Notes: generated from the sequence alone by a model not told the origin. Numbered from the whole stretch's first letter, positions 1 through 11,459 are shown. The stretch: 62,981 nucleotides of DNA, filler included, from Stramenopiles sp. TOSAG23-3 (GCA_900128585.1; 8 parts of 8 records of this genome joined end to end with filler, not necessarily neighbours in it); one strand, 5' to 3'. Numbers and translations: made by a program.

Positions 1-1
1 G

Positions 2-3000
2 GAGTTTGCCCGCAGGGATGATATCAAAATGAACCAATCGTTCTCCAGGATGCTTGGGTTGCTGATGGCGGGCATCTACACGATGCAAGGCTTCAGTATG
101 TTCTACGGAGGATCGCTTATTTTCAATGGTCAAATTAATTCGAAAACTGGAAAACCTTTCACCGGCGCGGATGTCATAACAGTGTATTGGGCCTTGGTAA
201 TGGGAGTGTTCGGCCTTATGGGGATTAGCCCGTGGTTTTCTGCATACGGAAAGCTAAAGCCGGCAATGGAGACCTACTTTAAAATGGCCTTGAAAAACCA
301 GAGAAAAACAGGAGACAATGAATACTCACGAATCGAACAGAGCGATGGCAACGATGTCGGCCTCGGCGTTCCGCAAGCAAAAGAAGGAGCTCCGTTTGTT
401 CGTTTTCACGGGGTGTCCTTCCAGTATCCATCGCGAAGCACGAAACAGGTTGGACAAACACCTGACGGTGTGGAAAAGACGCAAGGCGATGGGGACGTGT
501 TGTCCGCGACGAAAGAGGAAAAGACGAACGACCTGCGTCCTGTACTGGACGATCTAAGCCTCGATATTTACCCGGGTCAAAAGATAGCACTTGTGGGGCA
601 ATCTGGTTCAGGCAAAAGCACCGTGGCACAATTACTGGAAAGATTCTACGATGTTTCCAGTGGGACAATAGAGATCAATGGTGTCGAGCTAAAGTCTTTG
701 TCTGTGAACAAATTTCGAAAAATTACTAGCTTCGTGACGCAAGAACCTGTGCTGTTTGGAGGATTAACGCTGAGAGAAAACATCATCTTGGGCCTTGCAA
801 AGAAGCTTGCAACAGAGGAGAATATAATCCGTGCGTGCAAGCAATCGTTGATTTGGGACGTCATTGAAGGCTTGCCGGACGGCTTAAACACAATGCCAGG
901 GACTGGGGGGCTGGGCCTCTCGGGCGGTCAAAAACAGCGAATAGCGATTGCGCGTGCACTGATGAGAAACCCAAAGCTTCTTATATTAGATGAAGCAACC
1001 AGCGCGTTGGACTATGCGAGCGAAAAGCTTGTTCAAGAAACGCTCGACAATCTAATTCACAACGCAAGGGACAAGGCAAAGCTGACAATTGTGACAATTG
1101 CCCACCGTTTGTCAACTGTGCAGAATGCGGACAAAATTTATGTTTTAAAAGAGGGGCAAATACTAGAGCATGGCACCCATGCTGACCTGTATGCCAAAGA
1201 AGGCGAATACTACAATCTTGTTAAGTTGCAAGAAGCGAAAGGGCTCGATGGGCATGCCGTAGAAATAGCCGACGAACAGGAAGGCATCGAACAAGCCAAT
1301 GTGTCCTCGAATAGCAACAAGAGCAGTTCCAAAGACCCTCAACAAGTTTCCAGTCCATCATTGTCATCATCGTTGTCCGAGCAAACTACCACTAGCACAT
1401 GGGAAGAGACGCGCAAGAAAATGGAAATGCAACGGAAACGAGAAAAGGAAAAGCTGGAAGAGTTTAAGAATAAAAAATTAATCTGGCGCTTGTTTTATTT
1501 GAACTCCCCGTTCGAACGGATGCTGTATATCCCAGCGTGGATAGGGTCGGTCCTCCAAGGATGCATGCAACCGCTTTCTGCCTTGTTGGTGACATTGTCG
1601 ATGGGCGCATTTTATGAGCCCGACAAAGCTAATATGAAGCGTCAGGTGGACTTGATAGGTATGTCATACATTGGACTGGCCGTGGCAGGTTACGTATTAA
1701 ATGTAATTACTCAACGGCTGTATGCATATTCCGGGTCGTTCATAACAATGAGGCTGCAGTGCTTGTGCGCAGAAAGCCTGCTTGGGCAAGAATGTGGGTG
1801 GTTTGAAGAATCCCCTCTCCAAGCGCCAGGTGCAGTACTGTCTCTACTAACAGAGAGAGCATGGCAAGTATCTACGCTAACCGGTCAGCAGCTGGCCACA
1901 AACATTAACGCAATCAGTGGCATTGTGAGTGGATTGCTTCTTGGATTTATTTTTGCGTGGAAGTTAGCGTTGGCGATGTGCTTGTTTGTTCCACTGTTTA
2001 TGTTGGCACTGTACCAGGGCGCAAAAGTGAATTCAAGCAATAGCTGGTTAAAAGATGGGGATGAACAGCTTGCCGCTGCTGGCAGTTTGGTCGCTGAAGG
2101 CATCACAAATTTAAGAACAATTCGGTCGTTGGGTTGTGAGGCCGCCAACGAGTTTTGCTTCCTGTACCATTCAAGTATGCAACGCATTTTAAATCGAGAC
2201 TTTAAGAAGGCGATTCGTCAGGCAACAATAAATGGGTGCTTTCAAGCAATGTCATTTGGGTTTTATATTGTTGGGTTCGGGTTTGGATATTATTTCATGG
2301 CCACCGATGGGTTGAAGTTTACCAATATGTTCGTTTGTGTGCTATGCATCACGTCGGGAGCCCAGGCTGCAAGCTCAAGCGGTGGGTGGCTCCCTGATGT
2401 TGCAAAGGGGCAAGTTGCAGCAGCGGAAATGTTTGAAATCATTGACAGGACCCCAAAAATCAGGATAGCGGACTTCAAGATAGCAGGGTTTCCTGCTGTG
2501 TCTTCACGAAACCACCAACTTTCACAAGACGAACAAGCAAAACTGTCCAAGTACGGAGTCTCTGTCGAATATGCCGAAGCCAAGAGGGCTCAGCAGGCGC
2601 GCGATCGAGACCTTTCGTTAAAGTGGAACAAGAGAGAAAAAGAAAAGAAGAAAATAAAGAAGGAGGCAGAAGCCAAAGCAAAAGCACTGAAGAAGAGTGG
2701 TATAAGCGCAGAGAAGGGGCACCAGGAGGACGAAGAGAACGAAGATCGTTATTTGGCAAAGCTTGTGAAGAAAGAAATACTTGAATGTATTGACCTTCCA
2801 CTCCTGTTTTATCGTGAAAGGGCGCATTTACTTCGGTCGAAATGGCTTGACTGGAAACGCCTCCATTCCAAGCCAACGGAAGCCAGAATACTTAGCATCC
2901 AAACGGACAATTCGTTTTGCTTGACTTCTGAATGGATAATTACTCAGATTGAATTTCTAGGCGTTTCTTTCAATTATCCATCTAGACCTACTGTTCCTGT

Positions 3001-3793
3001 CCTTGAGAACCTTAGTTTTGTTATCCAAAGAGGGCAGAGTGTCGGTTTGGTTGGACCCTCCGGCGGTGGCAAATCTACAGTGTTTCAACTTTTGCAACGG
3101 CTGTATGACCCGGAAAGTGGTGCCATCTATATTACCTTTCAAAATTCGAGTGGAGTCACTGTGAAAAAGAATTTAAAAGAGATAGACCAGCTTTGCGAGT
3201 ATCGATCAAGGATTGGATACGTGGGACAAGAGCCTGTTTTGTTCAATTTAAGTTGTCTTGAGAATGTCATGTATGGGTTAGGTGCAGACATGCGAAAGCA
3301 ACTGTCGAACGAAGACATTCAAAATATTGCTGATTTGTGCAACATCGACTTTGTGGAACCCCTTTTTAAAGCAGCCGATACCGAAACGACGGCAAGAATA
3401 TCCGACGTGGTCATGGATAAGCTTGAATGGACAGACGATCTTCTGGGCGCAAAAGCACAAAAGGTAAGCGGAGGGCAAAAACAGAGATTGGCCATCATGC
3501 GGGCGTTGCTGAGACAACCCGAGCTTCTGATGCTAGACGAAGCCACTAGTGCGTTAGACTCTCGTTCTGAGAAAGAAGTGCAAACCGCAATTGACAAAGC
3601 AACACAGTCTTCGCGTGATACACAGACGACCATAACAATTGCTCACCGACTTTCGACTATTCAAGACTGCGACCTAATATTAGTCATATCCGAGGGAGCA
3701 GTGGTGGAGCAAGGAAACCATGAAACGTTAATGGCAAAGGGAGATGCCTCCGGGTTGTATTGTAGGTTGGTAGAACACGCGAAGAGAAATTGA
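2..3793 (+). CDS. Full-size ABCB (MDR/P-glycoprotein-like) transporter, 5'-partial
   Basis: End of TMD1, NBD1 (GQSGSGKST, LSGGQKQR, LILDEATSALD), TMD2 and NBD2 (GPSGGGKST, VSGGQKQR, LMLDEATSALD); frame is open from the window start. Confidence 0.95.
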   Translation, partial: EFARRDDIKMNQSFSRMLGLLMAGIYTMQGFSMFYGGSLIFNGQINSKTGKPFTGADVITVYWALVMGVFGLMGISPWFSAYGKLKPAMETYFKMALKNQRKTGDNEYSRIEQSDGNDVGLGVPQAKEGAPFVRFHGVSFQYPSRSTKQVGQTPDGVEKTQGDGDVLSATKEEKTNDLRPVLDDLSLDIYPGQKIALVGQSGSGKSTVAQLLERFYDVSSGTIEINGVELKSLSVNKFRKITSFVTQEPVLFGGLTLRENIILGLAKKLATEENIIRACKQSLIWDVIEGLPDGLNTMPGTGGLGLSGGQKQRIAIARALMRNPKLLILDEATSALDYASEKLVQETLDNLIHNARDKAKLTIVTIAHRLSTVQNADKIYVLKEGQILEHGTHADLYAKEGEYYNLVKLQEAKGLDGHAVEIADEQEGIEQANVSSNSNKSSSKDPQQVSSPSLSSSLSEQTTTSTWEETRKKMEMQRKREKEKLEEFKNKKLIWRLFYLNSPFERMLYIPAWIGSVLQGCMQPLSALLVTLSMGAFYEPDKANMKRQVDLIGMSYIGLAVAGYVLNVITQRLYAYSGSFITMRLQCLCAESLLGQECGWFEESPLQAPGAVLSLLTERAWQVSTLTGQQLATNINAISGIVSGLLLGFIFAWKLALAMCLFVPLFMLALYQGAKVNSSNSWLKDGDEQLAAAGSLVAEGITNLRTIRSLGCEAANEFCFLYHSSMQRILNRDFKKAIRQATINGCFQAMSFGFYIVGFGFGYYFMATDGLKFTNMFVCVLCITSGAQAASSSGGWLPDVAKGQVAAAEMFEIIDRTPKIRIADFKIAGFPAVSSRNHQLSQDEQAKLSKYGVSVEYAEAKRAQQARDRDLSLKWNKREKEKKKIKKEAEAKAKALKKSGISAEKGHQEDEENEDRYLAKLVKKEILECIDLPLLFYRERAHLLRSKWLDWKRLHSKPTEARILSIQTDNSFCLTSEWIITQIEFLGVSFNYPSRPTVPVLENLSFVIQRGQSVGLVGPSGGGKSTVFQLLQRLYDPESGAIYITFQNSSGVTVKKNLKEIDQLCEYRSRIGYVGQEPVLFNLSCLENVMYGLGADMRKQLSNEDIQNIADLCNIDFVEPLFKAADTETTARISDVVMDKLEWTDDLLGAKAQKVSGGQKQRLAIMRALLRQPELLMLDEATSALDSRSEKEVQTAIDKATQSSRDTQTTITIAHRLSTIQDCDLILVISEGAVVEQGNHETLMAKGDASGLYCRLVEHAKRN

Positions 3794-4368
3794 AAAACGA
3801 AACCCTAATTCTAAACTCTGATGAAAATATGCCATATACGAGAGGACAGTTAAAAACAAGAACAATATGGGGGCATATGACCACATACAATATATTATTA
3901 CTTATTACATGAGTAATAATAGCAATCAATTCTACTTGAAGACTTAGTATTTTCTCAGTAAAAACAATCAGAAGGTTGTATTTTGCAGATAGCCGAAGGA
4001 AGAGTCATTCATATCTAAAATATTCTCATAGTGAATGAATAGGATACAATTTTTTTTAATACTTGTAATACATGTAGTGTTCGTCATATTGTTATTCTCT
4101 TGGTTGTAATTTTATTTCCCTTTTTGTATTTATTAAGAGCATATAAGTACTATACGTATATATTTGTCATAATATGATCGACAGAATGAAGAAGGAAGAA
4201 CGTTGTTGTATCTCTGAAGAAACAAATTATATTATAGCAATTATAGACGTGAACGTTGACGGGTAAGTTTCTTTTTTGGATGAAAAGCAATTTATTGCAA
4301 GCAGGAAAAGATTGGTTGCATTTGAAAACGGGTTATTTTGCCTATATTTTACCGGCTGCAGGAAAAAA

Positions 4369-4832
4369 ATGAAGCGATTGACAGCACTGTCTTGTGCATA
4401 CTCTTTGTTGGTGCTGTGCTTGCTCTTAGCAAGAGTTCATGGTGCGCAATCCTGGTCCGACTGGGCCAAGTCCGCGTTTGTGGCCCACGCAAAAGCCCCG
4501 GTGGATGCTTTAGAAGAATACATGACAGTGAAAGATAACGATGACGAAGCATGGAAATTTTCCCATGGAGCAATAACAGTGTCTCAAGATGATGGTACAT
4601 CTGCGCACACGTGCGTTCACCCGTATTACTACGATTGCAATGCATGCCCCATACTTGCCAACAGTTTGAAAAATGTGGCAAGAATATAAATGTGGCAAGA
4701 ATATGGGGGCATTCAAGCTGTCAAAATGAATGGAATAAAGGAAATAATATTGCAAAAGGTAGATGGGGACAACTAGGGTGTGCAACATGGTGGAGAAATG
4801 CCAAAGGGAGCGCAAGTCCGTGCACCGTGTGA
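4369..4832 (+). pseudogene. Small secreted Cys/Trp-rich protein frameshifted by a 17-bp tandem duplication
   Basis: Signal peptide MKRLTALSCAYSLLVLCLLLARVHGA; AAATGTGGCAAGAATAT is duplicated at 4671-4687 and 4688-4704, giving TAA at 4687-4689; removing one copy joins the frame to the stop at 4832. Confidence 0.6.
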
Positions 4833-4907
4833 ATCTGTGAGATTATAAATGAAAGCTAAATATTAATTTCTTAATAATGGATTTGAATTAGTATTTGATT
4901 TAAAGTG

Positions 4908-5010
4908 AAAACATACTATATATTTTGTTTTTTAAAGTGAGAGTCTTAAAACATACTATATAATTTGTTTTTTTTAATTTCTTAAAACATACTATATAAT
5001 TTGTTTTTTT
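4908..5010. repeat. Three spaced copies of AAAACATACTATATA(A/T)TTTGTTTTTT
   Basis: Direct repeats near 4908, 4948 and 4984. Confidence 0.8.
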
Positions 5011-5018
5011 AATTATGA

Positions 5019-5373
5019 TACTTAAAGCAGCCAATTTTTAGTTTTAAATATAAATAACATAACATTTAACGTATTTTTATTTTATCACACAACATTTTTT
5101 TATCTCTGAAACCATTAGGATTAGGGTATGAGGAAGCTAAATTTAATTACTTAAATAACAGCCAATTTTCTTGTTTTTATGATAATATGCTTCGTAAGAT
5201 CAAAAGAGAAAAACATTTATATTTACTTAAATAACAGCCAATTTTCTTGTTTTTTATTCATATCATGTATCATATGATATCATATTTAATGAATGTCTAA
5301 ATTTAGAGTTCAGTTCGCAGTATATTAATTTTAATTACATACTTAAAAATATAACAGACAATTTTCTTGTTTT
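5019..5373 (-). repeat. Cluster of four copies of the 3'-flank element (strand = strand reading AAAACAAGAAAATTGGCTG)
   Basis: TTACTTAAATAACAGCCAATTTTCTTGTTTT or variants at 5019-5045, 5127-5178, 5223-5255 and 5291-5373. Confidence 0.9.
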
Positions 5374-5380
5374 ATATATT

Positions 5381-6886
5381 TTACAATTTTCTCTTCTTTG
5401 CCTCCTGGTCTTGCTGTGCCAACAGCTTCGCTCGCAACTCTTCCCGCTGTTTTCGCATCGTTTCCGCCAACTCGCGCACGGCTGCTTCTTCCTCTTCGTC
5501 GCTTCTTGCAGGTGCACGACTGCGTGCAGTTCGACGCCTAGCATACTCCTCCGTCATCTCGTTTTCGTTTGCGTATATCAGCCGGTTTGAATCGATCATT
5601 TCCTTCCAGCCACTATTGCCTTCGTCGGCGTTGCTAAACAAATCTTGTTTCTCTGCCCGGCACATGCCCCAGCTTCCTCTCGCCAATTCTCCCAGCAATT
5701 GTGTTCTACTCCACCGCGCTACACCCCAAAATACGTGAACAACTGCCGCTGGGGCAGCGCTGCCCGCAGACTCTCCCACCCTTCTCTCGCAATCTGTTTT
5801 TGCGATTTTAGCGACCTCAAAATGGTCGGTGGACGCAACCCACATGTTTCCAACGATAAACACATTGTCATTTGCTTTTATCTCATCTGCATGATGGGCT
5901 TGAATTGACACCATCGCCACGGAGGGAAAGAATGGCATACACGGTCCACCAATATAATGTTTGTACATCAGGACATTTGCCTCGTCGTTGAATGCACCCG
6001 GCTTTATAATCCCCTGTACCAATGCGGGAAACGTCGATGGATTAACTTGTCGGGTGACATTTACTGCGTTTATACCGTCTTCCCCGTCACTGGCGCCATC
6101 ATTGTCTACTTGATATACTATGTACACGGATTCAATCCAATGAACCATACTGCGGACCTGGCGAATGTGGCCATTTGTCCGTAGCATCTGCGCCATGTCT
6201 CGACTGCTTTCCTTTGTGGCGACAATGAAGCACCCGGTTTGAAGAAGTGACGCCAACTCCTCTCCTGTAAACGACTGCATCATTTCGGCGCGGGAAGGAG
6301 GAGAAATTGAAAATTCACTGCGGCAAACGTTGCAAATAAACTGCCTCTCATCTCGCTCGTAAAATGCGGGGTGGGTCGGCTGTGAAACGATTACACTTCT
6401 TTGCCACCTTCGTAAACACTCTAAATGGACAAATTTTTGTCCGCCCTTACACTTGCACGGGGAAATCAATTGACCGTCTTCCTCCGCCCCACAGAAGCAG
6501 TATCTACACATCGCGTCCGTACCAGGCGGCATAGTTTCTAGCGCCAGGGGTTTCTGCGATTGCATAGACGGCTTACTCTCGGGAGCCTGATTGCCTGCAG
6601 ACTCCGTGGCTTTCAAAACGGCAGGACCTTCCCCCTTGGCGTCACTTCCCTCACTTTGGGGTGCTGGCACCTTTGCCGTCTGGGCCTGCAAGGCGGGAGC
6701 AGGAGGGGCGTCGCCTTCTATATCACTCTCAGAGTCTACAAAAGTGTACGTCTCTTGAAAATCTGTGATTTCGTCCACCAAGTCACTACGCAGCAATGTT
6801 TCTAGTTCTTCTGCAGAGGTCCCCGCGCCTACAACTTCAAGGTCCTCTTTACCCTCGCCCATCTCCTCCTCACCTTGTGTTGACAT
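5381..6886 (-). CDS. RING-CH (RINGv) E3 ligase fused to an AlgH/YqgE (DUF179)-like domain
   Basis: CRYC..SPCKCKGGQKFVHLECLRRW..CNVC RINGv; C-terminal YIGGP and VFWGVARWSRTQLLGELARGSW match the DUF179 pattern; first ATG at 6886. Confidence 0.8.
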   Translation of the reverse strand: MSTQGEEEMGEGKEDLEVVGAGTSAEELETLLRSDLVDEITDFQETYTFVDSESDIEGDAPPAPALQAQTAKVPAPQSEGSDAKGEGPAVLKATESAGNQAPESKPSMQSQKPLALETMPPGTDAMCRYCFCGAEEDGQLISPCKCKGGQKFVHLECLRRWQRSVIVSQPTHPAFYERDERQFICNVCRSEFSISPPSRAEMMQSFTGEELASLLQTGCFIVATKESSRDMAQMLRTNGHIRQVRSMVHWIESVYIVYQVDNDGASDGEDGINAVNVTRQVNPSTFPALVQGIIKPGAFNDEANVLMYKHYIGGPCMPFFPSVAMVSIQAHHADEIKANDNVFIVGNMWVASTDHFEVAKIAKTDCERRVGESAGSAAPAAVVHVFWGVARWSRTQLLGELARGSWGMCRAEKQDLFSNADEGNSGWKEMIDSNRLIYANENEMTEEYARRRTARSRAPARSDEEEEAAVRELAETMRKQREELRAKLLAQQDQEAKKRKL

Positions 6887-7908
6887 ACTGAAACGAACTA
6901 GCTGCCGTCGTGAAAGTGCAGAAAACACGCCAACAATTGGCCACAATACTACTAAATATTTTTCCCGTGTAAAATTGGTGCGTAATGAATTATCTAAAAA
7001 GTATTTCTTTCTTTCTTTCGACTCTTTCTTTCTTTCTTTTCTTCAAAATGATGATGATTAATATTATAGTGTTAATAAAAGACGACGACTAATAGTAAAT
7101 AATTGTACTATTTATATTACATACGTGTTTCACACAGTTGTTATTTTTAATATTATTTATATATAATAGACTAATACGAGTATTATAGTTGTTTTGTCGA
7201 AGAATGAATAGTCTAATAATAATATAATTTAATATTGATTGTACTTGTATAATATTATTTACCAATATAAATTGGTAGACTATTATAGTGAAAAGAAAAG
7301 AAAACATTTTTTGTTTTCTTATTTACTTACTCTCATCAACCTGCTTGTATTTTAATAGAACTCAGAAGTAAATAAACGCGAATATTTAATATTTACAATC
7401 TCAAATCTCAGCAGAGCAGGTTTCCTTCCTAGGTTTCAAAACCGAAATGCTAAGAATAGAATTAAATTTATTTATATAGACTACTAAAAATAATAATATA
7501 GATACTGTACAATGTACACTATTATGAATGAGCTGATGATGAAAAAACAGCTTCTTTTTTTTTTTTTTAATTTCCATTCTTCTTTATTACTCCTCGTCGT
7601 ATTATTATATTTTATTATTATTATTATATATTTATTATGATATTCGTTATAATAATAATAATAATAATAATAAAAAACACTAAAAAACAATTTACATTTA
7701 GATAGTCGTCTATATAATATATATTTTACTTCCACACACATGCCATACGGCACTCTTCTTTGTTCAAGATAAAATTCTTCTTCACTGAATCATTTGCTGC
7801 AGTGTATAAAATTACCAACAAATTTGTATATAATAGAAAGTGAATCGACAGAAAGTCTAATTTCATACTCACTACACCCAACGTTCTGGAAATCGACCAA
7901 GCAAACCC

Positions 7909-8604
7909 ATGGCAACCGTGTCCGAGATTTACAACACAAAATTTATCCCTGTTCGCGATGAACGTGGGATAACTGAAAACCATGTAAACTTCGTCAAAGG
8001 GAAAGAAGGAGCGGACCGAGTTTTATGTGTAGTTCCGCAGCTGATGGCGCAACACACCTATATTATTGAAGCCACCAAAAGGGATGGGAACCCAGCTGAG
8101 CTAGAAAAGTTTGACTTTTCCGATTGTGAATTCCATGGGTTCACTGTCGACCATGAAGAGGTAAAAGTAAAGCCTATTCCAATGTCCAGTCGACAGCTAA
8201 AATTTACCGTTACCTTTCTCAGCAGAGGTGAGTACATTTTGAAAGACTCAAAGGAAAACATTGTGATCATGAATGTCGACTCTGCTTCAGCAAAGCATGG
8301 GGTTGACGCGCACCTTTACTACGGCCAATACAACAACAAAATTAGCAAAACGAAGAAAGTTAGCAAGTACATACAAAAAATTGTTTGTGTGTGGGGAAAA
8401 TTTAAGCCCACCTCTATCCCTGAAAGAGAAGCAAACCATTTCCCAAAATACTATGAGCCCAATGACTGCAATCCATGGCCATGGCATATGAATCATAAAG
8501 TTACTAAGATTCCAAAGTTTATCGATGATAAAAAGAAAAAGCAGGAGAAAGAACAGAAGAAAGAAGAAGAAAAGAAGCAAACCGCCGACGACGACGACTT
8601 TTGA
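7909..8604 (+). CDS. Hypothetical protein, 231 aa, with charged C-terminal tail
   Basis: ATG-initiated ORF with coding-like composition between AT-rich spacers; no family recognised. Confidence 0.75.
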   Translation: MATVSEIYNTKFIPVRDERGITENHVNFVKGKEGADRVLCVVPQLMAQHTYIIEATKRDGNPAELEKFDFSDCEFHGFTVDHEEVKVKPIPMSSRQLKFTVTFLSRGEYILKDSKENIVIMNVDSASAKHGVDAHLYYGQYNNKISKTKKVSKYIQKIVCVWGKFKPTSIPEREANHFPKYYEPNDCNPWPWHMNHKVTKIPKFIDDKKKKQEKEQKKEEEKKQTADDDDF

Positions 8605-8785
8605 GCGTTTCTGCAGAGAGTGTTTTTTTAAAGTACCTTTTACCTAATTTAAGTTTATTTAAAAATATTTAAATTTATAAAAAGTAAAATGTTTCCATTT
8701 TTGATTGCAACGAAAATGTTTTCATTTGGCTTTGATCTTTTGAATCGTTTGTTACGCCGCGAGTATTTTGCCTTCTCCCTACATT

Positions 8786-11035
8786 CTACGACCGAAACCT
8801 CACCCCCTTTCGTTGGAGCAAATAGGTCTTAATCTGTTGGATAGTGACGCCTCGGCCTTTTTGCAAGATTCGGGCAGGCTTCACCCGGTTGCTGTGGTAC
8901 GTCACCATTATCGCAGATATGCTGAGTAAAAGAAGCCCCGATATTGCTAAAAAATCTCTACGATGCTTTCTTCCAGCAATTCCGAAACAATAGCAGCATG
9001 CTGAAACGAAAGCAATTACTACCCAAACAATGGAGTGCCAATATTCCCGCAAACCCAGATCATTTTTACAGTCCAAACAGTCCGTGTTGCTTCCGACCAT
9101 GCCGATATCAGACGCATTTTCACGTCCAGCATTTAGATAACTGTCGGAGTACTGAATCGAGTGAGAGGGCGGCTCGTGCAAAAGCCTCTGGTGCTCATTA
9201 TCCTCGTCCCCATCGCCCAAAGCCCCGGCCTTTTCTCTCGCCTTGACAACGTTTATCAACGTGCGTGTCCCGAAAGTGTCGAACAAGCAGTTCGGCCCAC
9301 GAAACGCTCGGTCGGACGCGGGGGGTGGGATATACTTCCCGGTAATTGGGTCCACTGCAGCCGCCCCTTTCGAATGGTTATGCAGCCCTTCAACAATTTT
9401 AGAATGGACGGCGTCTGTAATTGGATAAAACGCAGAGATAATGCACCACGAAATTATAGAGCAGCATGCAGGGACCAAGATGACCATCACTTTCAGGGCG
9501 AAGATAACCCCGTCGGCTTGCTCCACCGTACGGCCCAGGCCTGCACGATACCCAAACGACGCCAAAATTGCCATGCTCACAGCGCTGCTCGGAATATGAA
9601 GCCAGCGAGGGATCATCTCCATGTAACACACGAATTGCGCTTCTCTGCGCAAACCGATGTGAAGCTCGTCATAATCTATACAATCCGCCCTGATGGGCCG
9701 GTGCAAATAATGGACGCCGCCACCGGTCAAACCGACCCAGGCATGGCACAGGGCAAAAAGCCGCTCGTCTCCCTTGCCACAGAAACAGAAAATAATTACG
9801 TACGCTGGCAACCCTAAGACCCAGCCTGCGAGCCACGTAAACCTCTTGTCAACCCGGGCAAGAAATCCAGCCATGCTTGCGTTGGCCATCGCGCTCTTTC
9901 TAAAATTTGGATGCTCGACCCACTCAGGGGGGAGCGTGAAATAATCAACCAACCGGAGGTCGCGCTGGTTCCGACGCTTGATCTCTGCACGCGCGCAAGC
10001 ACGAGTGCTCTCGCAACTCACCCACATCCAAAATGGAGTTGCGCACAGCGCACAAAGCAAGCCGACAATCAGGATGATGGAGACCCACATTTCATATGAT
10101 TCCGGCTGGAGCACGTACTGCACGTAAAACGGTAGCAACCCTTCAGAGAACATGCCGGCCAGGGCGCTGACGGAATGGCCCGTCAGCAGCACCATGAAAG
10201 GACCGTTCGAAATGCAGTTTCGCAGTCCTGCAACGAACGGCATGGAAGGCCTGTTCTTATAAGACGGCTGCTCCCATAACTTCCACGGCTGTCTCGATGA
10301 AGCTTCGGCCCGCTCATTCTCGTCTTCTCGGTAATCAGTAAAGTACGCCAAGATCCAGAACGAAACGATCGTTGAGATCCCGCAAAAAAAAGCAAACGAT
10401 CCGAAGGCGGAAAAATGGTCCCCATGGTACTTTGCAACCAAGATTGCGGGCGCGGCGGCCCCTAAAATCCTCCCAGCGGCTGAAAAAACTGCCCTCCAAG
10501 CAAAAACGCTCGTGCGAGTGGCACAATCTTGCGTGACTTCAGCCCCAAGCGCCATCCACGGGATCCCGAGAGGGAACAACCCATGAGCAAGGGCGCAGAC
10601 CACGTACGTGCTAACAATGGTGCTCATGCTGGAACGGTGCGGTGGCAAGTACAGGCAGATGACCGCAATGGCCTTTATCGGGGCCCATAAAATATAGTAC
10701 ATTCTCCTTCTGCCTTTGAAGAGCCCATTTTTCACGGCAAAAGTATCCATCAGCCATCCCCAAAAGGGGAACAGGATTGTTTCTATTGCCCGCACAGACG
10801 CGTGCAGCATGCCAAACCGCATGGGCTCTATCCGGACGTCGTCGACGTAGAACTTGGTTTGAAATGTATTGTCGAACGTTTCTACGGCACGGTACGCAAG
10901 GCCAGGGAGCGCGTATATCGTCTTTGCAAATAGCGAAACGTTGTTCAAACGATTAAAGTCAGCCTGCTCACTCTCTGGTGCATCAGCAGCCCTTGTAGCC
11001 CCACCCCCTTCCCCACCACCGCCGTGAGAGCTCAT
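8786..11035 (-). CDS. MFS transporter, glycoside-pentoside-hexuronide (MelB/MFSD2-like) family
   Basis: Many TM helices; GWLMD..GRRR, PWMALGAEVT..RTSVFAWR and ADCIDYDELHIGLRREAQF motifs; first ATG at 11035. Confidence 0.85.
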   Translation of the reverse strand: MSSHGGGGEGGGATRAADAPESEQADFNRLNNVSLFAKTIYALPGLAYRAVETFDNTFQTKFYVDDVRIEPMRFGMLHASVRAIETILFPFWGWLMDTFAVKNGLFKGRRRMYYILWAPIKAIAVICLYLPPHRSSMSTIVSTYVVCALAHGLFPLGIPWMALGAEVTQDCATRTSVFAWRAVFSAAGRILGAAAPAILVAKYHGDHFSAFGSFAFFCGISTIVSFWILAYFTDYREDENERAEASSRQPWKLWEQPSYKNRPSMPFVAGLRNCISNGPFMVLLTGHSVSALAGMFSEGLLPFYVQYVLQPESYEMWVSIILIVGLLCALCATPFWMWVSCESTRACARAEIKRRNQRDLRLVDYFTLPPEWVEHPNFRKSAMANASMAGFLARVDKRFTWLAGWVLGLPAYVIIFCFCGKGDERLFALCHAWVGLTGGGVHYLHRPIRADCIDYDELHIGLRREAQFVCYMEMIPRWLHIPSSAVSMAILASFGYRAGLGRTVEQADGVIFALKVMVILVPACCSIISWCIISAFYPITDAVHSKIVEGLHNHSKGAAAVDPITGKYIPPPASDRAFRGPNCLFDTFGTRTLINVVKAREKAGALGDGDEDNEHQRLLHEPPSHSIQYSDSYLNAGRENASDIGMVGSNTDCLDCKNDLGLREYWHSIVWVVIAFVSACCYCFGIAGRKHRRDFLAISGLLLLSISAIMVTYHSNRVKPARILQKGRGVTIQQIKTYLLQRKGVRFRS

Positions 11036-11334
11036 GAGAACGACGGGAGCTCCGCTCTCCCCGGTGAACTTCAACCTACAAACACTGTTCGCGGAAGAAC
11101 GCCCACGGAGGATTGGTGTACAACAATGTCTAAATCTCTCTCCCTTTCCTCGCACTCTTGTAAATTTTCTTTGTACTCAAATCACATTGTTCCTTGTTTT
11201 AAACGTTATTCAAATACCTGTATAATTTTGAAACTCACTAGTGGGAATGGCATATATAAAAAACAATAATAAAAATGATGATGATGTGGCTTTTTTTTTT
11301 TTTAATAAATAATAATAATAATTTTAATAATTAT

Positions 11335-11399
11335 TCTTTCTTTCTTTCTTCTTTCTTCTTCTTGCTTTCTTTCTTTCTTTCATTCTTTCTTTCTTTCTC

Positions 11400-11459
<60 letters not shown>

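Noticed and set aside
5116-5126. TTAGGATTAGGG (also CCCTAA near 3803 and 25018) as telomeric repeats
   Set aside because: One or two units only; expected by chance
5019-5373. About 30-nt repeats with spacers resembling a CRISPR array
   Set aside because: Eukaryotic context, irregular spacers that are themselves element pieces, dispersed copies and no cas genes
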